Position numbers and translations under genes: made by a program. Positions 47,082 through 55,518 of a stretch of 64,000 nucleotides of DNA are shown here, in pieces; the first letter of the stretch is position 1, and every line of letters begins with the position of its first letter. Location of the stretch: positions 18,263-82,262 of the forward strand of contig QHQA01000021.1 of assembly GCA_003219695.1 (NCBI GenBank), written 5' to 3'. The DNA is from Verrucomicrobiota bacterium (GTDB taxonomy: Bacteria > Verrucomicrobiota > Verrucomicrobiia > Chthoniobacterales > UBA10450). The notes below the pieces were generated by a model, which saw nothing but the letters and a program-made list of their open reading frames with translations, ran no database searches and was not told the DNA's origin.

Positions 47082-48122
47082 ATGAGAACCAACTTGTCTA
47101 TCAACTACGAAAGTTATGTCCGGCAGCTCGTGAAGCTCGCCGCATTCATCTTGCTCGCGACGCCAGCGTTCGCCCAGACCTACACGATTACAGATCTCGG
47201 CACGCTAGGCGGAAACGGTAATTACAGCGTCGCCTACTGCATCAATGGCAGCGGCCAGGTGTCGGGAGCATCCAGCGCGCCGTCGAATCAGATGAGTGAC
47301 CCGGCCTTTCTTTACAGCAATGGTCAAATGATCAATATCGGTACACTGGGTGGCGAATCTGCTCTGGGGCGCGGGATCAACACCTCCGGGCAGATCGCCG
47401 GTTACTCGACTCTTGCGACTGGTGCGTATCACGCCTTCCTCTACACCGGCGGCCAAATGATGGACATCGGCACGCTTGGCGCCGATTACGCCGTCGCTTA
47501 CGCCTTGAATGACGCCGGCCAGGTCGTCGGCAATTCGGCGCATCTCGGCGGGCAGGACCACGCCTTTCTCTACAGCAACGGACAAATGACCGACCTCGGA
47601 ACGCTCGGCGGTGACACCAGCAACGCCTACGGCATCAATAATCTTGGGGTGATCGCAGGTTATTCGTATAACGCCTCGGGCAACTTTCTCGGCTTTATCT
47701 ACCAGAACGGCACTATGACTCCTATCGGCACCCTCGGCGGCAGTTGGAGCATCGCGTATGCGATCAACGACCAGAACCAGATCGCCGGCCAAGCTTATAC
47801 TAGGGGCAACCGTGCCGCGCACGCGTTCCGCCTCAGCGACGGGCAAATGGTGGACCTGGGCTCGCTCGGCGGATCGAGTTCCTGGGGCTTGGCGATCAAC
47901 AACAGCGGCACCGTAGTGGGCTTCGCGACCACCCGCCGCAACGAATACCACGCCTTCGTTTCCACTAATGGCGCCAGAATGCAGGACCTGAACAAGCTTA
48001 TTCCGCGATACACCGGCTGGATCCTGGGACAAGCCAATGGGATTAACGACGCCGGCCAAATCGCAGGCTTCGGCACGATCCGCGGTCAGACGCACGCCTT
48101 TCTTCTCACACCGGTGCAATAA
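47082..48122 (+). CDS. Extracellular HAF-repeat protein
   Basis: Signal peptide LAAFILLATPAFAQ plus about 8 units of HAFLY.NGQM.DLGTLGG. ATG 47082 inside ORF 46950..48122. Confidence 0.8.
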   Translation: MRTNLSINYESYVRQLVKLAAFILLATPAFAQTYTITDLGTLGGNGNYSVAYCINGSGQVSGASSAPSNQMSDPAFLYSNGQMINIGTLGGESALGRGINTSGQIAGYSTLATGAYHAFLYTGGQMMDIGTLGADYAVAYALNDAGQVVGNSAHLGGQDHAFLYSNGQMTDLGTLGGDTSNAYGINNLGVIAGYSYNASGNFLGFIYQNGTMTPIGTLGGSWSIAYAINDQNQIAGQAYTRGNRAAHAFRLSDGQMVDLGSLGGSSSWGLAINNSGTVVGFATTRRNEYHAFVSTNGARMQDLNKLIPRYTGWILGQANGINDAGQIAGFGTIRGQTHAFLLTPVQ

Positions 48123-48222
48123 ATTTGGCTTGGGCTTTCTCGCGTCGAAATCTGATTTGCGCAATTCAATCATTCTTCGCGAAATCCTCGGTGCGCCGCG
48201 TGGTTTTCAAGTCCCCGATTTA

Positions 48223-48295
48223 ATGATGGAGTAATGGAGTGCCGAATGGTTGCGCTCTGGTAAATTGTCGCATTACTCCTATACTCCAACACTCC
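48223..48295. repeat. Family E (GGAGTR / YACTCC) hairpin
   Basis: atgatggagtaatggagtg ... cattactcctatactccaacactcc. Ends 14 nt before tRNA-Leu(CAA). Confidence 0.75.
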
Positions 48296-48308
48296 ATCGC
48301 TGCACCCC

Positions 48309-48392
48309 GCCGGCGTGGCGGAATTGGCAGACGCGCTGGACTCAAAATCCAGTGGCCGCAAGGCCGTGTGGGTTCGAGCCCCTCCGCCGGCA
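48309..48392 (+). tRNA. tRNA-Leu (anticodon CAA)
   Basis: Acceptor GCCGGCG/CGCCGGC, anticodon stem CTGGA/TCCAG, loop CTCAAAA, variable arm GGCC-GCAA-GGCC. The T-stem GTGGG/CCCTC has one T-T mismatch. Confidence 0.8.
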
Positions 48393-48513
48393 GATGCTAT
48401 TCGATGTTCAATGTTCGGTGTTGGACGTTCGATGTTTCAGAGCGCGAAATCACTTGCGCCGCTAAGAGAAATCCAGAGATGCCGCGACTCCGCTCGGCAT
48501 GACAATTCATGCG

Positions 48514-48545
48514 AGGCCGTGTGGGTTGGGAACCCTCCGCCGGCA
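48514..48545 (+). other. Duplicated 3' fragment of tRNA-Leu(CAA) (att-like scar)
   Basis: aggccgtgtgggttgggaaccctccgccggca versus 48361..48392 aggccgtgtgggttcgagcccctccgccggca: 28 of 32 identical. Confidence 0.7.
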
Positions 48546-48555
48546 CTTTTCTTCA

Positions 48556-48666
48556 TTGAGCGCTCGCTCGCAAACCCTTTCGGGAGTTGAGCGCCTGCTC
48601 GCAAAGGCTTTCGGAGTTGGGCGCCTGCTCGCGCATCCTGTCGGAGTTCGGCGTTCGACCTTCGAG
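48556..48666. repeat. Tandem repeat of about 30 nt, 3.6 copies
   Basis: ttgagcgctcgctcgcaaaccctttcgggag / ttgagcgcctgctcgcaaaggctttcggag / ttgggcgcctgctcgcgcatcctgtcggag / ttcggcgttcgaccttcgag. Confidence 0.8.
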
Positions 48667-48670
48667 TGAG

Positions 48671-49069
48671 CTATGCCGAAAACAATGTTTTCACCGACTC
48701 GCGTGAAAGGACGATGATCGTGAAGACGCCGAGAATTGTTCCAAACGGCATGAAAATGCATTCGATACATGCAATAACGAATGCGAACCAATAATGACGT
48801 TGTCGGGCGAGTGATCGACCGGCAATGAGAATACACATCGCCATAGTCAGACCGGCGAGAAAGAAAAGCGCACCCATCACAATCAAAATCCAAGCGAGGA
48901 ATGCAGGCGGAGTCTCCTGATTATGCGGCCCTGGATGGTGAGCCGCATAAAGTATGAACCCGCCCATGGCGGAATATAAAAGCGGAAAGAAAGAGAAGAG
49001 CGCCGCTAGGCCGGCGACTACGTAATGGAAAATCGCGAGCAATCGGAGATGTTCGTTATCCGGGTTCAT
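48671..49069 (-). CDS. Four-TM membrane protein (hypothetical), downstream of amt
   Basis: 132 aa with four hydrophobic helices. No motif recognised. Confidence 0.45.
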   Translation of the reverse strand: MNPDNEHLRLLAIFHYVVAGLAALFSFFPLLYSAMGGFILYAAHHPGPHNQETPPAFLAWILIVMGALFFLAGLTMAMCILIAGRSLARQRHYWFAFVIACIECIFMPFGTILGVFTIIVLSRESVKTLFSA

Positions 49070-49176
49070 TTGTTCTGAGACCTAGCCGGTCGCGCGGTAA
49101 GGACATCGCGCTGCGATGTCCGGACGGCGCAGCGCGCCGTCCATACCATCGTCACGAGCAAGAGCAAGGAGATAAC

Positions 49177-50643
49177 TCACGAAGTGATATAGCCTTCTTC
49201 GCCGTGCTGGTTGATGTCGAGCCCTTGCCGCTCGATCTCTGGGGCGATGCGCAGACCGATCGTGCCTCGAACGAGCGCGCCGATGATCGCGCTACCCACA
49301 ACCGCCACCAGGATCGTGACCACGATTGCTTTTAATTGTTCGATCCACAGCGTGTGACCCACAATTCGTGCAAGACCGTTTTGCGTTGCAGGATTGAGCG
49401 GTGCCCCAAGGACTAACGAAAGGTTGGGATTCACGCTCGCAGTCGCAAACAGACCAGTCAGGAATGCGCCGAGCGTGCCGCCCACTGCGTGGATGCCAAA
49501 AGTGTCCAGTGCATCGTCATACCCGAGCCACAATTTCAATTTCGTGCACGCAAAGAACGGAACGACGCCGGCAGCGATCCCGATAATCACTGCACCGCTG
49601 GGAGCGACATAACCGCAAGCCGGGGTGATTACGACCAGCCCCGCTACTGCGCCGGAGCAAAAGCCGAGCACGCTTGGTTTGCCGCGCAACGCGTACTCGA
49701 GCATGGCCCATATGAACGACGCGACCGCCGTCGCAAGCGTTGTGCTCATGAAGGCGTTTGCGGCAATTCCGTCAGGCGCAAGCGCGCTTCCCGCGTTGAA
49801 CCCGTACCAACCCACCCATAGCAAACCGGTGCCGACCATGCAAAGGACCATGCTGTGGGGCGCCATGATTTCTTTTCTGAATCCGAGCCGGTGCCCGAGA
49901 AGAATGCAAAGCACGAGTGCCGACCAACCCGAGCTCATATGGACAACGGTGCCACCGGCAAAATCGATCGCTGTGATTTTTGCTGCAGCGTTCCAAACGC
50001 CATTCATCCAGCCATCAACTCCCCACACCATGTGGGCGATCGGGAAATAGACCACGAACATCCAGATGCCAGCGAACACCAGCACAGCCGCGAATTTCAT
50101 CCGCTCAGCCACCGCGCCGATGATCAATGCCGGCGTGATGATGGCGAACATCAGTTGATACATCGCGAAGACATTCTGCGACGCCCAAAACGAATAGTCG
50201 TTGTTCGGCCGCGCATCGACGCCGCGCAGGAAAGCGAATTTCAATCCGCCAATGAACGGTGAGCCGCGCGAAAACACCAGGGAATAACCCGCGACCCACC
50301 AAAGGATCGTGACCAAGCCTACAATGCCGAGGCATTGCGCGAGCACGGAGAGGACGTTCTTCGCGCGAACGAGGCCACCGTAAAAAAGCGCCAGTCCCGG
50401 CAACGTCATGAAAAGCACCAGCGCGGCGCACGTCATCATCCATGCGTTGTAGCCGGGGCCGGGACCGGCGACGTTCGAGGCGATTGCTCCCCCCGTATCG
50501 GCGGCGCGTGACGAATTGTTCACGTACGCTTCAAGATCAGCAACGCGCTGCTCGAGCGACGGTGAACCCGCGGGGGCGGGCGTTTGGGCATGCAGCGGAC
50601 AGAAAAACGCAATGATCCCGATAAGCAAAAGAATCCGCATCAT
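49177..50643 (-). CDS. amt: Ammonium transporter (Amt family) with signal peptide
   Basis: DFAGGTVVHMSSGWSALVLCILLG, VGWYGFNAGSAL, ALDTFGIHAVGGTLGA. Confidence 0.9.
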   Translation of the reverse strand: MMRILLLIGIIAFFCPLHAQTPAPAGSPSLEQRVADLEAYVNNSSRAADTGGAIASNVAGPGPGYNAWMMTCAALVLFMTLPGLALFYGGLVRAKNVLSVLAQCLGIVGLVTILWWVAGYSLVFSRGSPFIGGLKFAFLRGVDARPNNDYSFWASQNVFAMYQLMFAIITPALIIGAVAERMKFAAVLVFAGIWMFVVYFPIAHMVWGVDGWMNGVWNAAAKITAIDFAGGTVVHMSSGWSALVLCILLGHRLGFRKEIMAPHSMVLCMVGTGLLWVGWYGFNAGSALAPDGIAANAFMSTTLATAVASFIWAMLEYALRGKPSVLGFCSGAVAGLVVITPACGYVAPSGAVIIGIAAGVVPFFACTKLKLWLGYDDALDTFGIHAVGGTLGAFLTGLFATASVNPNLSLVLGAPLNPATQNGLARIVGHTLWIEQLKAIVVTILVAVVGSAIIGALVRGTIGLRIAPEIERQGLDINQHGEEGYITS

Positions 50644-50735
50644 TACGCGCTCCGGTTATAGCGCGCAGATTTTTCGCGGCAAGGAAAATGGCATCGCACA
50701 GCCTTTGCTGACCCTTTTTTTGCACGCCCAAGTCG

Positions 50736-50869
50736 CCTCTCCTTTCCCAGGAGAGAGGGGGCGGGTGAGGGTTCGATTCAAAGAACTGCACTGGCAGATT
50801 CTTTAGTTGGGAGGACGCGCACTCCAAACCCCTCACCTCAATCCTCTCCCCTTGCGTCAAGGGGAGAGG
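50736..50869. repeat. Palindromic element with ctctcc...ggagag and ccctcacc/ggtgaggg units (family J)
   Basis: cctctcctttcccaggagagagggggcgggtgagggtt ... aacccctcacctcaatcctctccccttgcgtcaaggggagagg. Confidence 0.7.
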
Positions 50870-51004
50870 CGGAAAATACGCCATACGCACGCGCGAATTA
50901 CCTTCGCACACAAAAGAAAACTCCGCCGAGCGGTCTGACTCGCGAAAGGATTCGGAGCTGGCCAGACCAGGTTAAGATGCTCGGCGGAGTTCCTCCTCTG
51001 CCTC

Positions 51005-52018
51005 TCAAAACCAGACTGAAACATGCTCCGATGATGCATCATGAGGTTCTTCCGCATCATCGACATCAGCTTCATCGCCGTCATTGGCGTCACCTGCCGA
51101 CTCGGCTGCCGGCAAGTCGTTTTGCTGTAGTCGCTGGTAGCGCGCACGCACATCGGCCGGAATTTTTTCGAGATCTTCTTTCGTTTCGACCGGACCGCTG
51201 AAAAGCAATTTCCCCTGCGGATCTTTGGCCGTGAGCAGTTTTTTCCCGTCCACACTTTGCAACTTCAGCTCACCCTTATCGTCGCTGAAAACGATCTGCG
51301 CTTTGCCGAGATCAATAGTGCTGGCTTTGAGCGCGCCATTCTCTTCACAAAAAATACGAACCTCGTCTGCGGCACGACGGGCGTCCTCGCGCGCGCGCCT
51401 CGCCGCCTCGTGAGCTTTCATCACCGCTCCACGGATGAGGCCGCGTTGCGTATCGCCCAATTGCTCTTGCAATTGTTTCTTTAAATTCTGCACCTGCTCA
51501 CCGACGTCGCCTGTCTCGTCGAAATCCCAATGCCAGTCGTGGTTTCCTCCAGGAAACAGCGAGTGACGCTGTGGCACCTCTTTCCTGGCAAGTTTAACGG
51601 TGACCTTTTGCTCCTGTCCTTTGCGCAGGATCGTCAACGTGACCTCGGTACCGTCAGGAAATGTCTGCAAAAGCTTTCGCAGCTGGCTCGGCTCGATCAG
51701 AATTTGGTCGTTGAGCATTTTGAGAATGTCGTTTTGCTGAATTCCGGCCGCAGCGGCGGGGCTGTTCGGCTCTACGTAATCGACGACCAAGCCGAGGCCT
51801 TTGGCCATGCCAAGCTGTTCGGTTACGACGTCGGGCACTTGCGACGTCTCTACACCAAGAAATGTCACCGGGACCTTCGGCGCTTTTTCGTGGTGCTCGG
51901 GCGGGCCGGGTGGATGCGCCGGCCCGGGCGGCTGTGGCGGGCCAGGTGGTGTTTGCGCGAATCCCGCGATCGGCAGCAAGGCGGCGACCGCGATGATGGA
52001 GATGGATTTTATCTTCAT
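51005..52018 (-). CDS. Secreted PDZ-domain protein
   Basis: Signal peptide MKIKSISIIAVAALLPIAGFAQ. PDZ segment FLGVETSQV...GLGLVVDYVEPNSPAAAAGIQQNDILKMLNDQ. ATG 52018 inside ORF 51005..52153. Confidence 0.65.
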   Translation of the reverse strand: MKIKSISIIAVAALLPIAGFAQTPPGPPQPPGPAHPPGPPEHHEKAPKVPVTFLGVETSQVPDVVTEQLGMAKGLGLVVDYVEPNSPAAAAGIQQNDILKMLNDQILIEPSQLRKLLQTFPDGTEVTLTILRKGQEQKVTVKLARKEVPQRHSLFPGGNHDWHWDFDETGDVGEQVQNLKKQLQEQLGDTQRGLIRGAVMKAHEAARRAREDARRAADEVRIFCEENGALKASTIDLGKAQIVFSDDKGELKLQSVDGKKLLTAKDPQGKLLFSGPVETKEDLEKIPADVRARYQRLQQNDLPAAESAGDANDGDEADVDDAEEPHDASSEHVSVWF

Positions 52019-52149
52019 GGTTTTTGTTTTGGTAAGGCGACTCGTGCTCATGCTCAAAGGGAAAAACGGGCCGATTACGATTACCCGCCGTCGCCGAGCT
52101 ACGGCGTGGCAGGCAGTAAGAGCAGGAGCTAGAGCCAGAGTAAGGGTTT

Positions 52150-52677
52150 TCATTGGCCTGAAACGGGGATAAGGACGACGTCCTCGGTCGGATACGAAAC
52201 GCGAAGCGATGCACCTGTTTCCCGATCACGCCAGCGCCACGTTTGCTGCGTTTGATAACGAACACGTCGCACCGGCCGCTCCAGACCGTCAGGAAGATGC
52301 AATCCCTCGTCGCGCGCGTTGTAAACAACCTGCGTCGCCCCGGCAGGAATGAATTTGCTGGGCGAGTTGGAGTTCTCGATTGCGTTGAGGGCCGGTATCG
52401 TTTCGGAAGTAGGCGAAGTTTTCGCGATCGTTTGTGGCCGTTCACGCTGCCATTGGATTTTGACCACCGCGAACAGAACCAAAACCGCTGCGCCAGCGAG
52501 GCCGAAGCCTAGCGAAAGCCAATTGTGGGGCGACCGCTCGGGTTGCCTGGCAGGGTCGCCGCGGCGACCGTTTGCCATACAATCCATGGCTTCTTCGATT
52601 CGCCCGAAGAGGAATGGCGAAGCCAGGGCTGGTCGCAGCTTTCTCAGTTCATTCTCAAGCTCGGCGAAATCGTTCAT
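52150..52677 (-). CDS. Putative anti-sigma factor (single TM)
   Basis: Overlaps the sigma gene stop by 4 nt. Cytoplasmic N-terminus, TM helix WLSLGFGLAGAAVLVLFAVV, periplasmic tail. Confidence 0.5.
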   Translation of the reverse strand: MNDFAELENELRKLRPALASPFLFGRIEEAMDCMANGRRGDPARQPERSPHNWLSLGFGLAGAAVLVLFAVVKIQWQRERPQTIAKTSPTSETIPALNAIENSNSPSKFIPAGATQVVYNARDEGLHLPDGLERPVRRVRYQTQQTWRWRDRETGASLRVSYPTEDVVLIPVSGQ

Positions 52678-53228
52678 TGCGGCTGCAAACTTTTCTTCAG
52701 GTTGCTCAAGGCATAGCGGTATCGCGATGCCGCGGTGTTTTGAGAAATACCCAGCGCGCGGGCGATCTCATTAAAAGTAAGTTCGTTCCAAATTTTCAAA
52801 ACGAGCACTTCCCGTTGATCGCACGGCAGGGAATCCACAGCAGCGGCAAGTGCGGATTGGGTGTCATCATCCAATTCAAACTGCGGGTCAGCAGCTGACT
52901 CGGTTTCGGCAAAAACAGCCGCTTCGCGTCGCGCGCGGCGCACGTCTCGACGGATGAAATCGAGGGCAATGGAACGCACCGCGGCGTAAAGCAGCGGGCG
53001 ATTATCAATGTTGTGATTGCGCCGCCAAAACTTGACGAAGGCTTCCTGAACAATGTCTTCCGCGTCGGCCGCCGAGTGCACCCATTGCCGCGCAAAAAGC
53101 AGCAGCCCCGGAGCGAGTTCAGAGAAGCAGCTCTTCCAATCCTCATGACTGGCGATATTCTCCATGACCTCTTCACGGTCTTTATCTTCGAGACGCTGCC
53201 AGGTGCAAATTTTGTCTATGAGCGCCAT
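52674..53228 (-). CDS. ECF-type RNA polymerase sigma factor
   Basis: Region 2 DAEDIVQEAFVKFWRR and region 4 REVLVLKIWNELTFNEIARALGISQNTAASRYRYAL. Confidence 0.85.
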   Translation of the reverse strand: MALIDKICTWQRLEDKDREEVMENIASHEDWKSCFSELAPGLLLFARQWVHSAADAEDIVQEAFVKFWRRNHNIDNRPLLYAAVRSIALDFIRRDVRRARREAAVFAETESAADPQFELDDDTQSALAAAVDSLPCDQREVLVLKIWNELTFNEIARALGISQNTAASRYRYALSNLKKSLQPQ

Positions 53229-53336
53229 TTTTTTTTGTTAGTGAAGCAGGCAAGGAGCGGCGGTCTCCAGTCCGCCGTATAGGAGGACCGCGAACTCGTC
53301 CCTCCTTTCATTGGAGACGGGATTGTCTGCGTCACG

Positions 53337-54470
53337 TCATTTACGAATCGATCGCAGGATCAAATCGCCCAGCCAATCGGGATGGGCAACGCCTTCGCGA
53401 TACGCCTGTAGCGATTCCACGGAAGAATTGACCCGCAGATTACTGTAAGATCCATCGGCGTTTTGCCACCGTTCGTGCCAGTACACTGCCGCTTTGATTC
53501 GCGGATAACGGGCGCGGAAAAGTTCCAAGCCCTGCTTGATCCACTCCGGCTTGTGCATCGCGCTGGGCTTGGCCGTTGCAAGCGGGAACTCGCCGGTCGC
53601 CCATTCCGCAATCATGATCGGCTTGTGCGGGTCCAGCCGGCACATTTCTTCATACGGCCAGCTCACAAGTGAGGGAACATCCGGATTCGGTTCGTCTTTG
53701 TATTGCTGGCCATAAACGCTCAGGCCGAGCCAATCAACGTAATCTGGGCCGGGATAATAGGCGGCAGCACAGTTCCAAGGCTCGTACGGATAAGGATAAT
53801 TGTTGGTATGAAACATCCATTTGATGTTTGATGCGCCGCGCGCCCGGACGCGATCCACCACATAACGATAAGCCTTGCGAAAAGTTTCCGGCCCTTTCCA
53901 ATTTTTGGCCTCCGGGTCCCATTGCGCGCCGCCGTAGTAAGCTCCCGACCACGGGAACCACGTCCCATTCATTTCCACACCGAACACCACAATCATCGGA
54001 TGACCAAATTCGCGAGCTGCGTCCGCCCATTTGTCGATGTAGGCGTCCCATTCGCCTGCGAGGATCTCAGTCAAACTGAACTTGTCCGGCCCGTGATCTT
54101 CCTCATACGGCTTGTCCCAAGGCGACCAAAAAACCAACGGCAGCGAGCCGTGCCGCCAGATGATGTTGAGATTGTCCACGGGAAAATTTTGTTCTCCCCA
54201 GTAGCTCGACGAAGCGATGATCGCCTGGTGCTTGCCCACCATCTCCTCGAAATCCTCGATCGTCTCCAGCGTGACGTCGTCCTCCGCGTCGCCAAAATCC
54301 ATGAACGCACCGGTATAAGCGCCGTGCTTGGGAACCACCACCTCGACGGGACCATTCGGATCGACTTGCGCGACCGCGACTTGTTCGCGGCATCCAACTA
54401 GAAGCCAACTCAATCCAAGTAGCGCAATTACCGCTCTAAAAACTGCACCGATACACATTCGAGTCCGCAA
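53337..54470 (-). CDS. Lipoprotein, glycoside hydrolase family 26-like
   Basis: Lipobox LLVGC. GHPMIVVFGVEMNGTWFPWSG and HKPIMIAEWA resemble the GH26 acid/base and nucleophile regions. Confidence 0.5.
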   Translation of the reverse strand: MRTRMCIGAVFRAVIALLGLSWLLVGCREQVAVAQVDPNGPVEVVVPKHGAYTGAFMDFGDAEDDVTLETIEDFEEMVGKHQAIIASSSYWGEQNFPVDNLNIIWRHGSLPLVFWSPWDKPYEEDHGPDKFSLTEILAGEWDAYIDKWADAAREFGHPMIVVFGVEMNGTWFPWSGAYYGGAQWDPEAKNWKGPETFRKAYRYVVDRVRARGASNIKWMFHTNNYPYPYEPWNCAAAYYPGPDYVDWLGLSVYGQQYKDEPNPDVPSLVSWPYEEMCRLDPHKPIMIAEWATGEFPLATAKPSAMHKPEWIKQGLELFRARYPRIKAAVYWHERWQNADGSYSNLRVNSSVESLQAYREGVAHPDWLGDLILRSIRK

Positions 54471-54690
54471 ATTTCCTGCAGAAAAACACTATGTCCAGCG
54501 AGGGGCCAGCCTCGATTGATTTGTATATTTGTCGCGTGCGTTTTGGAGTGCGGCGGTACTCCGCTGCTTTTCGATAAGATCGCAAGCAGATTGGTTTGCC
54601 GGCTATAAGTTCTGCCGGCCCAAGAATTCTCCTTGACGGAGAAATCCGAAATATGAGAAAGAAAAACACGATCTCTGGTTGAGATAAGAA

Positions 54691-55284
54691 GTGGATACAA
54701 GAGTTCCCACGTTTTTGATCTTCTTTGTCGCATCCGTCGCATTTTCGGAGGACTTCAAAACGGTCAACGGAAAAGAATATAAAGATGCTACCGTGACTCG
54801 CGTAGAACCCGACGGGATTGTGTTAAGAACAAAGTCGGGCATCTCGAAGGTTTACTTCCCTGAACTGCCAAAAGACGTTCAACACCGCTTCAATTACGAT
54901 CCGGAGAAAGCTGCCGCATACTCTGCCCAGCAGGCTGCCGATTACGCAGCAGTTCAAAAGCAGCAAGACGAAGTTTTGCGGCAGAGAGAGGAGGCGTCGC
55001 AAAAGGCAAATCAAATTCAAGCAGAACAGCAAAGTCGGCAAAACGATATTCAAGCGCTCCAAGCCCGTCACGCGGCCCTTCAGCAAGAGGAAAACAACTT
55101 ACTCCTCCAAATCGGTGAAGCTAAGCGACCGGGACCTACGAGATACAACAGAAATGGATATCCGACGAAGAGTCACGAACCCAATCCGTTGGCGTCCCAA
55201 CTGCCGCTTCTGAACAGCCATTTGAGCGATGTTCGTCGCGAAAAAAGCGAAGTCCGCAAGCAATTGGAGAAAGCCCAGCGGTAG
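54691..55284 (+). CDS. Secreted coiled-coil protein (hypothetical)
   Basis: Signal peptide PTFLIFFVASVAFS and a Q-rich coiled coil. GTG start. Confidence 0.4.
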   Translation: MDTRVPTFLIFFVASVAFSEDFKTVNGKEYKDATVTRVEPDGIVLRTKSGISKVYFPELPKDVQHRFNYDPEKAAAYSAQQAADYAAVQKQQDEVLRQREEASQKANQIQAEQQSRQNDIQALQARHAALQQEENNLLLQIGEAKRPGPTRYNRNGYPTKSHEPNPLASQLPLLNSHLSDVRREKSEVRKQLEKAQR

Positions 55285-55313
55285 ATTGCTACGGATGGCA
55301 GTAGCCTTGTGCG

Positions 55314-55460
55314 AAGGTGGATCGGCTTCTCCTGAAGACGATTTCTGCTGATCGCCCGAACGCGCAAGATAATCCGGCGGCAGAGCCGCAGTTGATTTGC
55401 CAACGCGTTGAGCCGCCTTCGGATTGCTACGGCGCCCCAAGGGACAACGCGTTCCACCTT
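55314..55460. mobile_element. MITE-like element, copy 3 (AAGGTGGA...TCCACCTT)
   Basis: aaggtggatcggcttctcctgaagacgat ... gggacaacgcgttccacctt. Same termini as 37740..37977. Confidence 0.7.
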
Positions 55461-55518
55461 CACGCCAAGCTCTTCGCATCGCTTTGAATGTTAGCAATCC
55501 GCTGTTACATACCACGCG

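Noticed and set aside
48250-48590. ORFs 48250..48465, 48239..48502 and 48315..48590
   Set aside because: They overlap tRNA-Leu(CAA), its duplicated 3' fragment and family H/E repeats, and have no coding signal.
50644-50760. Sigma-54 (TGGCAC-N5-TTGC) promoter upstream of amt
   Set aside because: The only loose match (tggcatcgcacagcctttgc) has the wrong spacing and points away from amt, so no supportable site was found.
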